From contig NW_021833101.1 of NCBI RefSeq assembly GCF_006345805.1, forward strand, positions 1-58,180: a stretch of 58,180 nucleotides of DNA. Direction: 5' to 3'. The notes beneath the pieces are model-generated. The model was not told where the DNA came from, did not search any database, and saw nothing but the letters and a program-made list of their open reading frames with translations. The stretch comes from Octopus sinensis. Lineage: Eukaryota. Position 1 is the stretch's first letter, and the number at the start of each line of letters is the position of its first letter. Made by a program: the position numbers and the translations under genes. Of this stretch, positions 11,401 through 23,789 are shown piece after piece.

Positions 11401-12254
11401 GAAAGAGAGTGAGTGAAAGTGAGATAATCACAGGCGATCCAACTGAACTAGGGTGCGCAAGTGATTGTGTAATAACCTACATATTGTAGGACGACTTCCC
11501 TCCGAATGAATTTTTTAGAAATTAGCTTTCATAATTTTGGATATAGATCAGCGGTGGGGAAATATTTTAGTGCGGCGAACAAAACTTTCCAAAGGAAAAG
11601 GTCCGCGGGCGGAGATGGATATGAATAATTCTTACACAGTATCTTCTACAATCCTTCAGCTTTCGTTTCATATAAAAATTATTTCTATACATGCAGTTTA
11701 TTTTTAGTTTTCTCAGCTAGAGTGTAGCTGGGTTTCAAGGAGTGTTACAAACCTAGCAATGGCAATGACCGGACGATTTCTGTTCAAATCTGACCGCTTT
11801 AAGTCGTAGTAGAAACGCGAGCTGTGTCGCAAGCAGGCATACGAGTCTTGTATAAGTTCTTGTTATTGAAAAATTTGCTATATTTAGTACAAACAAGTAT
11901 ATCAGCCTGCATGCGCACTAAAATGGGCTCGCGGGAGTTTCTCCAGCCCTCATATAGATGAATCATTTATAAACATAAGATTAAAACAACATTTCTGTTA
12001 AATACTTTAAGAAAAAGGAGTGGCAGGCCTTCGAGAATCTGCGCCTTTTCGTACCAGGTAACAGGCGATTTTTCTATCACAGACAGATTCATATCCGATT
12101 TCGACGTTCTACAGCCGTTCTCTCACTGTGTCATAATATCCGCTTTTAGAAGACCGCCAAAACCACCGAACAAAAACACGATAATTACTACATTTGCGCC
12201 TTGTTAGCGTGAAATATTTTTCATGAGTCTCCGTAATTAATAATGTAGGATGAC

Positions 12255-12670
12255 ATAGTATCCAAGCTACGTAGTATAGTATCCAAGATACATAATATAG
12301 CATCCAAAATACGTAATATAGCATCCAAAATACGTAATATAGCATCCAAAATACGTAATATAGCATCCAAAATACGTAATATAGCATCCAAAATACGTAA
12401 TATAGCATCCAAAATACGTAATATAGTATCCAAGATACGCAATATAGCATCCAAGATACGCAATATAGTATCCAAGATACGCAATATAGTATCCAAGATA
12501 CGCAATATAGTATCCAAGATACGCAATATAGTATCCAAGATACGCAATATAGTATCCAAGATACGCAATATAGTATCCCAAATCCGCAATATAGTATCCA
12601 AGATACGCAATATAGTATCCAAGATCCGCAATATAGTATCTAAGATACGTAATATAATATTCGAGATACG
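12255..12670. repeat. 21-bp minisatellite, ~20 units
   Basis: Units ATATAGTATCCAAGATACGCA / ATATAGCATCCAAAATACGTA; explains the ILRILDT heptad ORFs. Confidence 0.95.
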
Positions 12671-12964
12671 TTGTGCCAATCTTCAAAGTTATGAACGGCA
12701 AATGCTAAATTATTTTGTATTCTAAGTTATTTTGTATGTTCCTGACATCGTATTGGATATCTTGGCTGTCAGCGGCTACTGCATCGTACTGGCCCCAATG
12801 AATGCAGCTGGTTCCAAAATGGTTTACGAAAAGTTTTAATGAGATCCTTTTATGATTTGACTGGTTTTAGTTATTGATTGGACCGTGCCTACATATCGAC
12901 ATCGGTACCAAATATAGACATATGCATACATTTACATAATCACACACATTCATTACACATCTTT

Positions 12965-13325
12965 AAAGTTTTTCAGTCAGTAGACTGTGACCATGCTAGA
13001 GCACCGCTTTGAAGAATTTTTTGTCGAATGAATCGACTCCATTTTTAAAGCCTAGGACTTATTCTATCGGTCTAACAGCTGACGAACAGCTAGGCTACAG
13101 GGACGTAAACACACCAATACCCGTTGTCAAATGGTGGTAGGGGACACCCACCCACACATACGTGCATGCACGACGGGCTTCTTTCAATTTCCATCTACCA
13201 AATCTACTTACAAGGTTTTGATGAAACCCGAGGCTATGGTAAAAAAAAAAAACCCAGCCCAAGGTGCCACGCAGTAGGATAGAACCCAGAACCATGTGCT
13301 TGAGAAGCAAACTTCTTACCACACA
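12965..13325 (-). mobile_element. SINE family A, near full length
   Basis: Reverse complement of tail, body and head. Confidence 0.85.
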
Positions 13326-13507
13326 ACTATGATCTATTGTTTTTCAAGATTTGTTCGTTGTTCAAATCCCGCTCCTTGCATATTTTATAGATTTGTCTTA
13401 AAAAAATGGGTGAGATAAAGTTCGACACAAGACTAGATATTTTACTGGAAAAAAAAAGACACGTGTCAGCCCGTACGTGTGTGTGTGTGTGTGTATGTAT
13501 ACTCATG

Positions 13508-13730
13508 TGGAGACGCGCCGTTTAATGGTTTCAGATTGTTGCACTCCTGATCGAAAGATTGTGGTTTCGATTCTTGGACCAGGTGATACGTTGAATTCTT
13601 GAGCAAGATACTTTGTTTCACGTTGTTCCAGTTCATGCAGCTGACAAAAATGATTAATCCCGTGACGGACCGACGTCCTCTCCAAGGGAATATATACGCC
13701 CCAGAAACCGGGAAAATGGACTTATAAACC
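13508..13730 (+). mobile_element. tRNA-derived SINE family E (V-SINE-like central domain)
   Basis: tRNA-like head with GGTTTCGATTC B-box, TTCTTGAGCAAGATACTT, and CCCGTGACGGACCGACGTCCTCTCCAAGGG resembling the recalled V-domain GCGATGGACTGGCGTCCCGTCCAGGG. Confidence 0.55.
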
Positions 13731-13739
13731 GATGTAAGG

Positions 13740-14317
13740 ATAATCTGGAAACTTGACTGAAGAGAGAAGGCTACGAATAACCCGTTCTTGTTTTGTCCTC
13801 TCCGTCTTTTTGTTGTTTTTCCTGTCCGTTTTTGCATCGTTTATCTCTCCTGATGTTTTATTTTCGTCTGTTGCCTTCTTGTTCCATTTTTGGGATATAT
13901 ATATATAAGACCAAAGGGGTACGAGCGCCGCTATATATATATATATGTAAAAAAATACAAACTGGGAGAAGAACGCAAAACATTTAGAAGACGATACAAA
14001 GTTATTATTATCATTATTGTTTTTACGTATTTTTGTATTCTTATTCGTGTAATATCGTCCGTTTTTCCGTCCTTGTTTTGTATACATTCGAGGGTTTCTT
14101 CCAAGGAATCTAATGCGCTTGGCTTAGATTTTCCTTTGGGGCTGGCCAGATCGGGGCAATCTCAAGATTAATTCAGCCGAAATTGCGAGGATGATCCGGT
14201 TCTTGACTGAAGATTGAAGGCTTCGAATGTCCCGTCCGTGTATTTTGTATCGTCTTCTAAATGTTTTGCGTTCTTGTCCCAGTTTGTATTTTTTTACACA
14301 CACACACATTTACACAC

Positions 14318-14353
<36 letters not shown>

Positions 14354-14365
14354 CAGCGTACGTAC
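13740..14365. mobile_element. Dispersed family D fragments forming a fold-back
   Basis: GACTGAAGA..GAAGGCT.CGAAT motif at ~13758 and ~14203, also at ~15008 and on the minus strand at ~38365; arms 13919-14000 / 14244-14365. Confidence 0.6.
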
Positions 14366-15663
14366 GCTTTTGCTCACCTTGTGAGTATGTATCTAAATTC
14401 TGTACAACTATTTTACTCTTTCTTTTAGTCACCCTCATACTTTCTTCTTTCTTTCCCTTTTTCTTTTTCTCGCTCCCCCTCTTTCACAATTCTTGACCTC
14501 TTTCTTTAATCTCCCTACTTTTACTCCTCGTTTATCTCCCCTGTAACTTTCTCTATACCACTTTGTTTTCATCTTTCTTATCCTCTCCTAATTCTACTAT
14601 CCCTCTGCCCCTACCTCTTTCCTTTCCTTCCACGTGACCGGTGTTCAGTCAAGCATCATCTTTCTTTCTTGGCTCGATTGCCGGCCGCAAAGCATCTCTT
14701 ATATTCCTGTCTCATGACTTTCATCTCTTATGTCCATCTCCTATGTTCCTGCCTCAAGACTCTCACTCTACACACCACAGCTCAACCTGATTTGGTTTTA
14801 TTACTCGAAAGACACCTGTTGTAATTTTCTGGATGTTTGTATTTGTAATTGTGTAACGTTTTCTCAGTTCATTTTGTCTTTGTTGTCGTACATATTCCCT
14901 TGCTTTCTCCCAAAATATTTAATGCTTTTAGCTTAGATTTTTGGAGCCAGCTTATTTAAACAGTCTCAAGTGTAACCGGTCGAAATTGTAAGGATAATCT
15001 ACAAATTTGACTGAGAAGAAAAGGCTGCGAATGACCCGCCCTTGTTTTTTCCTGTCCGTCTTTTTGTTGTTTTTCCTGTCCATTTTTGTATCGTCTATCT
15101 GTCCGGATGTTTTATTGTTGTCTGTTGCGTTCATGTTCCATTTAAAAAAAAACTTATATATATCATATATACAAATATACATACACACATACATACATAC
15201 ATACATAAGAACAAACACACAAGTATACACATGCATATTAAGAGTCCTTTTTGTATAGGTAAAATACAGAAGCTGCGATGGAAGGTTTGATACTGAGGAA
15301 TGCCTATAAGACATTTAATTACCGTTTCCGTATCATGAGTATAAAAATTACACCTAACTCTTCTAAGAATCGAGTTCTTTTATCTTGTTGGAAATTAGCC
15401 ATACATTAACACAAGCATCAACATGTAGTATAATCTCATTATCTATCTATCTATCTATCTATCAATCAATCAATCAATCTATCTATCTATCTATCCATCT
15501 ACATCTCTGTCTGTGAATATATATATATACACACCCACATCCGCATAAACTCAAAAACCATACAACGTGTATTTGCCGGTAGGCTGCGATTTGGTGTGGA
15601 GGAGAATACTCTCTCAAAGCACCGAGTGTTAAAACACTTGAAAATGTATATAAGCGTGTGTGA

Positions 15664-15701
<38 letters not shown>

Positions 15702-15702
15702 A

Positions 15703-15733
<31 letters not shown>

Positions 15734-17104
15734 ATATCTGCATGTCCGCTTTTCTGTCTGTCTGTCTATCTAACTGTCTGTCTGTCTGTCTACCTATGAG
15801 TGTTGAAGCTGATTTGACGAAGTCAGCTTTCAGTCTCTTATTTTGTACTCCTGAAGACGAAGACTTTCGCACAACTTAAATTTCATACCAAAATTACGGA
15901 GAAGAAAACAAGATGGGTACCGGCCCCGAACAAAAAATAAATGCTGAAAGCCCAATGGAATAAAACGAATCAATCAAGAATCGAAACTTCAATGAAGAAT
16001 TTACTGCTTTAATGGAAATTTAGAAACACTACATAGGGTTTTCGATGTATTTCGCTTGTTTGTGCATGGCTTGAAAAACTACTTACATCACATCTTTATT
16101 AATACACACAAACACACATACCCAAAATTATATAAACAAATACATAGACCAATCTACAACATCATCTACTTCACAATATCACACACTCCCGAAAGATTTT
16201 CCTTCATTTTCGTCTCCGAGTTTAACGTGTTAGACGCCATCGGCAACACAGATCGCAATTGTTCGCTGGTTGGAAAAGCGATGTCACTCTGGCGTCATGA
16301 TGTTTTTGAAGGATATGACGTCATCACCTGCACTGCCACCGTTGTAATACAGCCGCCCCACCTCAGTCCAGACATATAAATACACATGTAGACATCTCTT
16401 ACAAATACATACATATATATCTAGACTTAGTTATAGGTACATATACATACATAAGTCTGTGTAAAGCATATAATGTCTACTCTTATATATGATTATATAT
16501 ATATATATGATTATATTATGTGTGAAAAACATATAAGGTTTACTTATTTGTGATGTATGTCTGTGTGTGTATGTATATATATATATAGTCATATATGTAA
16601 ACACGAATATAGATATATAAATATAGGACACACATATTCAAATACATACCCATTCACACATGTATATATTTGATATATAAACACACACACACACACGTAT
16701 AAATTACCCATATTTAAAATTATATCTATCTTTAGATATGTAAATACGGAGAGTAAATAAAATAGAGGAAGAAATATAAATCCATACCATAATATGCGTA
16801 TACATACGCTCAGATGCACATGTATCTGCATATATATATATATATATATATATAAATTGCTATATGCCTACACAAACCCTGATACACCTACGCCCGCAGA
16901 CGAGCGTAAACATTAAACAACCTATACACATGCATATTGTTAAAACATCATACATACAGGATATATATATATATGTGTGTGTGTGTGTATATATATATAC
17001 ACACACAAACACTTATACAAAAACTTGTATCTACGATCAGCTACCGAAAGTACAAGTTTTAAATATATACATACGTTCATATACATCTTCCTCTATATAT
17101 AGAG

Positions 17105-17138
<34 letters not shown>

Positions 17139-17259
17139 CATGTGTGTGTGTATAAGCATGCATATATGCATGTTCACATAAAAATGAATGTATGCATATA
17201 TTAAAGATCTGTACTCTTGGATGTTGATCGTAGACATATGCCTGTATACACACACACAA

Positions 17260-17295
<36 letters not shown>

Positions 17296-17845
17296 GTAAC
17301 ATCTCTATATGCGTAAATATTCTTACACACAAACGCATCGACGCGAGAAGAGCAACCACTCACATTCACAAAACTCACACAGACCCACAAGTATGTACAA
17401 CGTACACAGGCCAGACATAAAGTCACCGTATATCTGGTTTGTACATAAACAAATACAATAAATAGTTTATGTTTTCGCCATTCAGATCGTTTCTTGATAG
17501 CAGTGCTATGTTTATTTGTATATGTGAACAGTATGTATATGCTTTCAATGATTTAGATGAAGTGAAAGAGGGAAGAAGGGAGTGAGATGTGTTTGTGATA
17601 TAAGCTGGTTCGTATTTGTCGACTATATGTGTCTGTCGGTGATGAGCGTGTGTGTGTGTGTATATATATAATTATTCATATGTAAATTTATACATATATA
17701 AATCCACACAAGATAATAATACATATTATATATATAATATATATATATATACACACACACACATTTCTATAAAGTTATGCTCAATCATAAATATATACAT
17801 TCATATATATATATATATTATATATATATATATTATATATATATA

Positions 17846-17898
<53 letters not shown>

Positions 17899-18700
17899 AT
17901 ATTATATATTATATATATACACACACTTCTATAAGTTATGCTCAATCATATATAAATATATACATTCATATATATATATGTATGTATATAATGTGTGTGT
18001 GTGTAGGTATATGTTTATATATATTTATGTTAGTATGCATATTTATATATATGTTTGCGTGTATCTGTCAGCTATCGATATGTGTTTGTGTATTTAATGT
18101 ACGCGCATAATCTTCGACGTACGTATCTCAGTTAATCGAGAATCGCGTTATTTTTCACTCATAGCTTTCTATAAAAATTTCAAAACTAATCTTATTAATT
18201 GGAGCTATGACAATGATGTGAGTACGAAGAAATTGAAACGAAATGAACGAATGGGGAATAATATATCACACAATGCAAATACGCATATAGTATTTTTTAT
18301 CCGGGACATAAAGCGTTTCGGTCGTTAGGTTAGCAGGAGCACACATCAACCGATCTACAAAATACTGCTACGGGAGCATGATTGTGCGCGTGTGTGCGTA
18401 TATATAGTGACATTTAGTTAGAAGTTTCTGTTATATTAAGAAAAAATAATTGGTAAAAAAGGTCAACATTGAGAATTATGGTGATCATTTAAGACAAATT
18501 AGGTAGACAAAATCAAGTGTCATATTACATTCAAATTTATTATAGCTTTGTAACTTAATCACCGGTTTCATTCATCAATGTGTGGATTTATCAAATGAAA
18601 ATAGTAATAGTATTCACAATATACAACTTTGAAGCTTTTGTAACTGGACAGAGATCCTACCTATCAGCTTACGAGGCGATCTATCTATTTAATCAAAGCA

Positions 18701-18849
18701 GAAATATTTTCACCAGCAGTTACTCAGAATTTCACGTAACCTTTCATCAGCAGTCTCTTGTTATAATACTGAAATAAAATCAGTCCCACCACAGCTGTCT
18801 GATGAAAAATTACGCGTAACTATGAGTAAGAGCTGGTGAAAGTTATTTC
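18701..18849. repeat. Imperfect ~53-bp inverted repeat
   Basis: GAAATATTTTCACCAGCAGTTACTCA..TTTCATCAG versus CTGATGAAA..TGAGTAAGAGCTGGTGAAAGTTATTTC. Confidence 0.85.
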
Positions 18850-18921
18850 AACTTTAATGAAATAGAAAAATTACTCTACCATTGGTTTCGAGTAATACGC
18901 TTTACACCTTGTATCCTTGTG

Positions 18922-19017
<96 letters not shown>

Positions 19018-19189
19018 CGTGCGCGTGTGTGTGTGTGTGTTTGTGTGTGTTATTACAAATTTGGGATATTTACCAATAGAAAACTTCATGGTATACGTAG
19101 AGAAAATTAAATCAAATAATTAAAATAACAGAAGATAAAATTAGTTAAATAACTATATCTTACCTGTTATTAATCTGTAGGGAAAGAAG

Positions 19190-19285
19190 GTAGTACAAGT
19201 AATCGCTACTCGTATTTCTGCACTGGTGGGGTGTATATTAAGGCTATACTTAATACATAAATCCACCAGTGCGTCCTCAGGCTAC
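19190..19285 (-). ncRNA. Degenerate type I hammerhead ribozyme motif
   Basis: Minus strand GTAG-C-CTGAGGA, stem II with a perfect 10-bp GCACTGGTGG/CCACCAGTGC, GAAA, stem III TACGAGTA/TACTTGTA, GTA, CTAC. Confidence 0.55.
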
Positions 19286-19877
19286 GAATGTACGGGTAAA
19301 GGTTAAAAATAAAAATTTAAAAATCATATTAAAAGTAAAAATTACAAATATATTTAAGAATATTAAATTTAAGGATTTAAGGACCTAAAGTATAATTAAA
19401 ATTTTCTCAAAATATAATTAAAATATTTTTTGAAAATGCTCTACCTAAGGAAATTATTAACGATTAGATTAGAAACATTAAATCTTATAATACATCTAAA
19501 TAAATATTATAGAAATAAATAATTTAGTATAATAAAACGTATTTTATGTCAAATGTGAGTTAATAGTATAGAATAAAGATTAATTAGTAAATACAACTAC
19601 TTACGTTAGAAACTTAGTGAACAAAAGAAGTAAATAAAAGTAAAAATGGTAGATTACTTTACGATGTAAGGTTTAATCCTGCCAGTTCAAGTGCAAATGG
19701 CCGCTCCCACGGTCAGATGTTAAGTATTATGGGAATTGGGTATATATATATAAATACATATGTGTGTGTGTGTCTGTGTGTGTATATATGTGTGCGTATA
19801 TATATATATATGTGTGTATATAAATATTTGTGTGTGCATATATATGTGTATATGTGTGTATATATATGTGTGTGTGT

Positions 19878-20213
19878 GGAAGCTCAATGGCCCAGTGGTT
19901 AGGGAAGCGTACTCGCGGTCATAGGATCATGGTTTCAATTCCCAAACCGGGCGTTGTGAATGTTTATTGAGGGAAAACATCTGAAGGGGGTGGTGGCGAA
20001 CCCTGCTGTACCCTTTCACTACAACTTTCTCTAACTCTTCCTGTTTCTGATAAACCTGTATTTCAAAGGGACCAGCCTTGTCACATTCTCCCCGAGAATT
20101 AATGATACACGTATCTGTGGAGTGCTCAGCCACTTGCACGTTAATTTCACGAGCAGGTTGTTCCGTTGATTGGATCAACTGGAACCCTCGCTGTCGCAAC
20201 CGACGGAGTGCCA
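19878..20213 (+). mobile_element. SINE family C
   Basis: tRNA head CAATGGCCCAGTGGTTAGGG..GGTTTCAATTCCC; 3' domain GTGGAGTGCTCAGCCACTTGCACGTTAATTTCACGAGCAGG. Confidence 0.9.
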
Positions 20214-20218
20214 CGTTG

Positions 20219-20323
<105 letters not shown>

Positions 20324-21775
20324 GCATGTATACATACATATATGTACATATCTACATCTATGCGTATATATATATATATATATATGCATATGTGGGCACA
20401 GGACGTCATGAAACGTGTACAACAAATAATACGAAGCATGAGAACATGGAACAGGAACTATTCTTTCGAACGGCGGAAGACACAAGCGGAAAATAAAACA
20501 AACAACACAAAGAACGAACCTTCATCAGTTGTTGGCTGATGATCAGTTGTTGGCTGTTTTTCTAGTCTCGTATATCGAGCATTTAACAAAAATATACGCT
20601 TTCGATATTGCGGGGGGTCAAAATAGGTAACACAGACAGGAGTGTGAAAACAAACAGGAAGGGCTGCTAAACCTAAACGAGGTTGTGGTGGCGAACACGT
20701 AAATCAAGCATGGACAGGAGACAGAAAGGACACGTCTTCCTTATTCCAGCTACAACGGAGAGAAAGGAAGAGACACAAGGTAGAAGAAAGATGGCCATGG
20801 TTACCTGGGAGCCACGTGAGCAAGGGAGGAGGAGTGAGGGAGAAAGAGTGACAGAGTAATAGGAAAGAATAGTGGGAGAAGAGGAGGTAAAAGAATAAGT
20901 GATAGAAAGAGAGAGAAACGAAAGAATGAAAAGATCGTATAGAGTGCGCATCAGAATCATTAAGATATAACTTACTAGGAAGAGGAGGCGTGGTGTTCAA
21001 TCATATAATAAATAATATATATATACGCATATATATATATACGTATATCTCCTACATCTATTCGTATGTATTTATATAAGCATTTATATAACACAAAGAA
21101 CGACCCTTCATCAGTTGTTGGCTAGTCTCTCACCAGCCATATATCGAACTCCAAGACCCAGTCCTTTAATCTCTTCCATTCAATATTCCCTCCCGCCCCA
21201 CTACACAAACGAAATCAGCAAATTGATTCACGCAACTCAGATCTCCGTACTTATATCACTAAACAGAGTTTTAGTGTTTCTCAACATTACAGCTATATAT
21301 GTCACTGTTATTCTGTTTTATATTTAATTCATTCAACCGACACCGTACCTTTATGTATTATGGGTTATATACATACAAATAACTATGTGTATATCTATGT
21401 GCATACATTCGCCTTATTGCATTATTGCATTTTGTGTTTCTTCGGTCTTACTGTATAACTCCACGGCACAGTTTATACTTCAGTAGAAATTCATTTCCGC
21501 CATTACAAGACTGAAGTCAATTGATCAAGAACAGCTGACCAGAATACTAAATTATATTGGAACTACTTGAAGGGGGTGCGGTTGTTGTGGTGGTAGGTAA
21601 TTCTAGATATATATAGATAGGTGGATACATAGAGGAGAGGAAAGAGATGAAAATATAGATAGATCAATAAAAGAGATAAATGGAGAAAGTGAGGAAGAAA
21701 GAGAGATAGATAGATTGATAGATAAACAGATGAATAAATAGATTGTCTGATAGATAGACAGACAGACAGGAAGAG

Positions 21776-21821
<46 letters not shown>

Positions 21822-22144
21822 GTAGGTAGGTAGATAGGTAGGTAGGTAGAAAGGCAAATATGAATATATATTCATAGATGAAGTGGCAGATAAATATGAC
21901 TATTTATAGGTGAGAGAAGGAGATGGAATGAAAAATATACATTAAATCTACAAAACAGAGAAATAGAAAGATGAAACATATTTTTAGCACGCACACACAC
22001 AGACACACATACGCGCACACACACACAGACACACACACGCACACACAGAGTAAATGAAAAGAGACATACTTCTAACTACTTGCACATTTTCGAGTAAGTA
22101 TAGATATCAATTCACAGAAACGTGCGTGTGCATATGTGCCTATA

Positions 22145-22185
<41 letters not shown>

Positions 22186-22422
22186 CACATCTACATACAT
22201 CCACACATAATCCCCCCCCCTATATATATATATATATATATAATTCAGATGTTACTTGTTTCAGTCATTGGATTGCGGCCATGCTGGGGCACTGCCTTGA
22301 AAGGTGTTGGTCGGGGTGGGGTGGGGAGGAAAGTACGGCCCCAGTAATTATTTCTTAAGTTTGATTTTCATCGAATCTTTCCATTTTGCCAAACTGTTAT
22401 GTTACTGGGGCGTAAACAAAGT

Positions 22423-22908
22423 AACACAGGAATATGTATCATACATCAAAATGAAGCTGGTCCTCTGTGGATCACATCCCTACTTCTCAACATAGCCACC
22501 GTTTCTCTCAACAGCAATGTTCCACCTTCGAATGAGAGCATGTATCCCTGCCCCGTAAAAGTCTGTTGACTGTTCTTTGAGCCACTTCTTCACTAGTTTT
22601 CACTTCCTCGTCACTGGACTATCATCTCTTCGGCCACATGAAAGAGTTTGAGAAGCAAACATTATTCCAGTGATGAGGAAGTGAAAACTGTAGTGAAGAA
22701 GTGGCTCAAAAAATAGTCAACAGAATTTTACGGGGCATGCTCTCATTCGAAGGTGGAACATTGCTATTGAGAGAAACGGTGACTAAGTTGAGAAGTAGGG
22801 ATGTCATCCACAGAGGACCAGTTTCATTTTGATGTATGATACATGTTCCTGTGTTGGTAATTATACCTGTCCTAAACAAAATGGCATTACTTTTGACTCA
22901 CTCTCGTG
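22423..22908 (+). mobile_element. Mariner 3' end with an inverted duplicate (fold-back derivative)
   Basis: DYHLFGHMKE..KHYSSDEEVKTVVKKWL..HALIRRWNIAIERNGD; 22423-22618 is the reverse complement of 22666-22855; TIR-like TTACTTTTTGACTCACTCTCGT at the end. Confidence 0.9.
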
Positions 22909-22941
<33 letters not shown>

Positions 22942-23180
22942 GTATGTGTGTAGAATAGTAAGAAAAATGGAAAACCTTTGCTGCAGCGCACCTAATTAGT
23001 GCTCTATACAAGTAAAATATAACATAAAATCAAAGTAGAGTACAGATTTTTTGAGGTCATAATTCTTTATCGTGGGGATACAAAATACATTAAAAGTTCG
23101 ACCAATACAAAACCGCATTCTCCGAATGTACCAGTGCTTTTCTTTGGATTGTTATCTTGGAGCGCTTGAAACCTAATATT

Positions 23181-23248
<68 letters not shown>

Positions 23249-23789
23249 CTCTCTCTCTCTCTCACATACAATGGGCTTCTTTCAGTTTCCGCCTACCAAA
23301 TCCACTCACGATATTGTGATCTGCTCAGGGCTATAATAGAAAGCACGTACACAGGGTGCAACGCAGTGGGATTTGAGACCGATACCATGTGGTCCGGAAG
23401 CCAACTTCTTACTGCACAGTTATACAACGACGCAATGACACACACACATTTTAGAGATCTGCCATATTGGATAGAGCAGGTAGGCAACTTCTAATTTAAC
23501 TGGCTGATCTTTATATGCTAATATGCAAATTTGTTGCATAGAATTAAATAAACGGCTATTCTAGCGATGTCGGAGAGGCGCGAGAGCTGCTGTCTTTCAT
23601 CATCAAAGGTTAAAATTATATAAAACAGAATGGAAGGTAGATGCAGGGAGTCAATTGTCGATTTACCTACAGTATAGAATAAGAAGCGTGCGCATGCGCG
23701 TATGCTTGCCTTTAATGATTGGGATAATTAAAATTTTACGACGCCAATTAATCCATGTGAGAATAGAAGATAACTCCGTGCGTACCTTT

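Noticed and set aside
12221-12701. ILRILDT heptad ORFs as a coiled-coil or leucine-zipper protein
   Set aside because: Simply the 21-bp minisatellite read in frame; several frames are open for the same reason
14200-14235. Family D CTGAAGA..GAATGTC as a hammerhead
   Set aside because: Lacks GAAA in all four copies and has no stem I pairing
19300-19715. AT-rich block as a NUMT, 18S rRNA start (ATCCTGCCAG) or PLE ORF
   Set aside because: The match is only ~10 nt and all frames have many stops
19878-19955. tRNA gene calls at SINE heads (also 47530-47603)
   Set aside because: A and B boxes are present but run directly into SINE bodies; no proper cloverleaf or terminator
20500-21125. Direct repeats containing minus-strand CTGATGAAGG as hammerheads
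   Set aside because: The ~35-bp repeat is real and PLE-like, but I could not pair it with a valid GAAA/stem III/NUH
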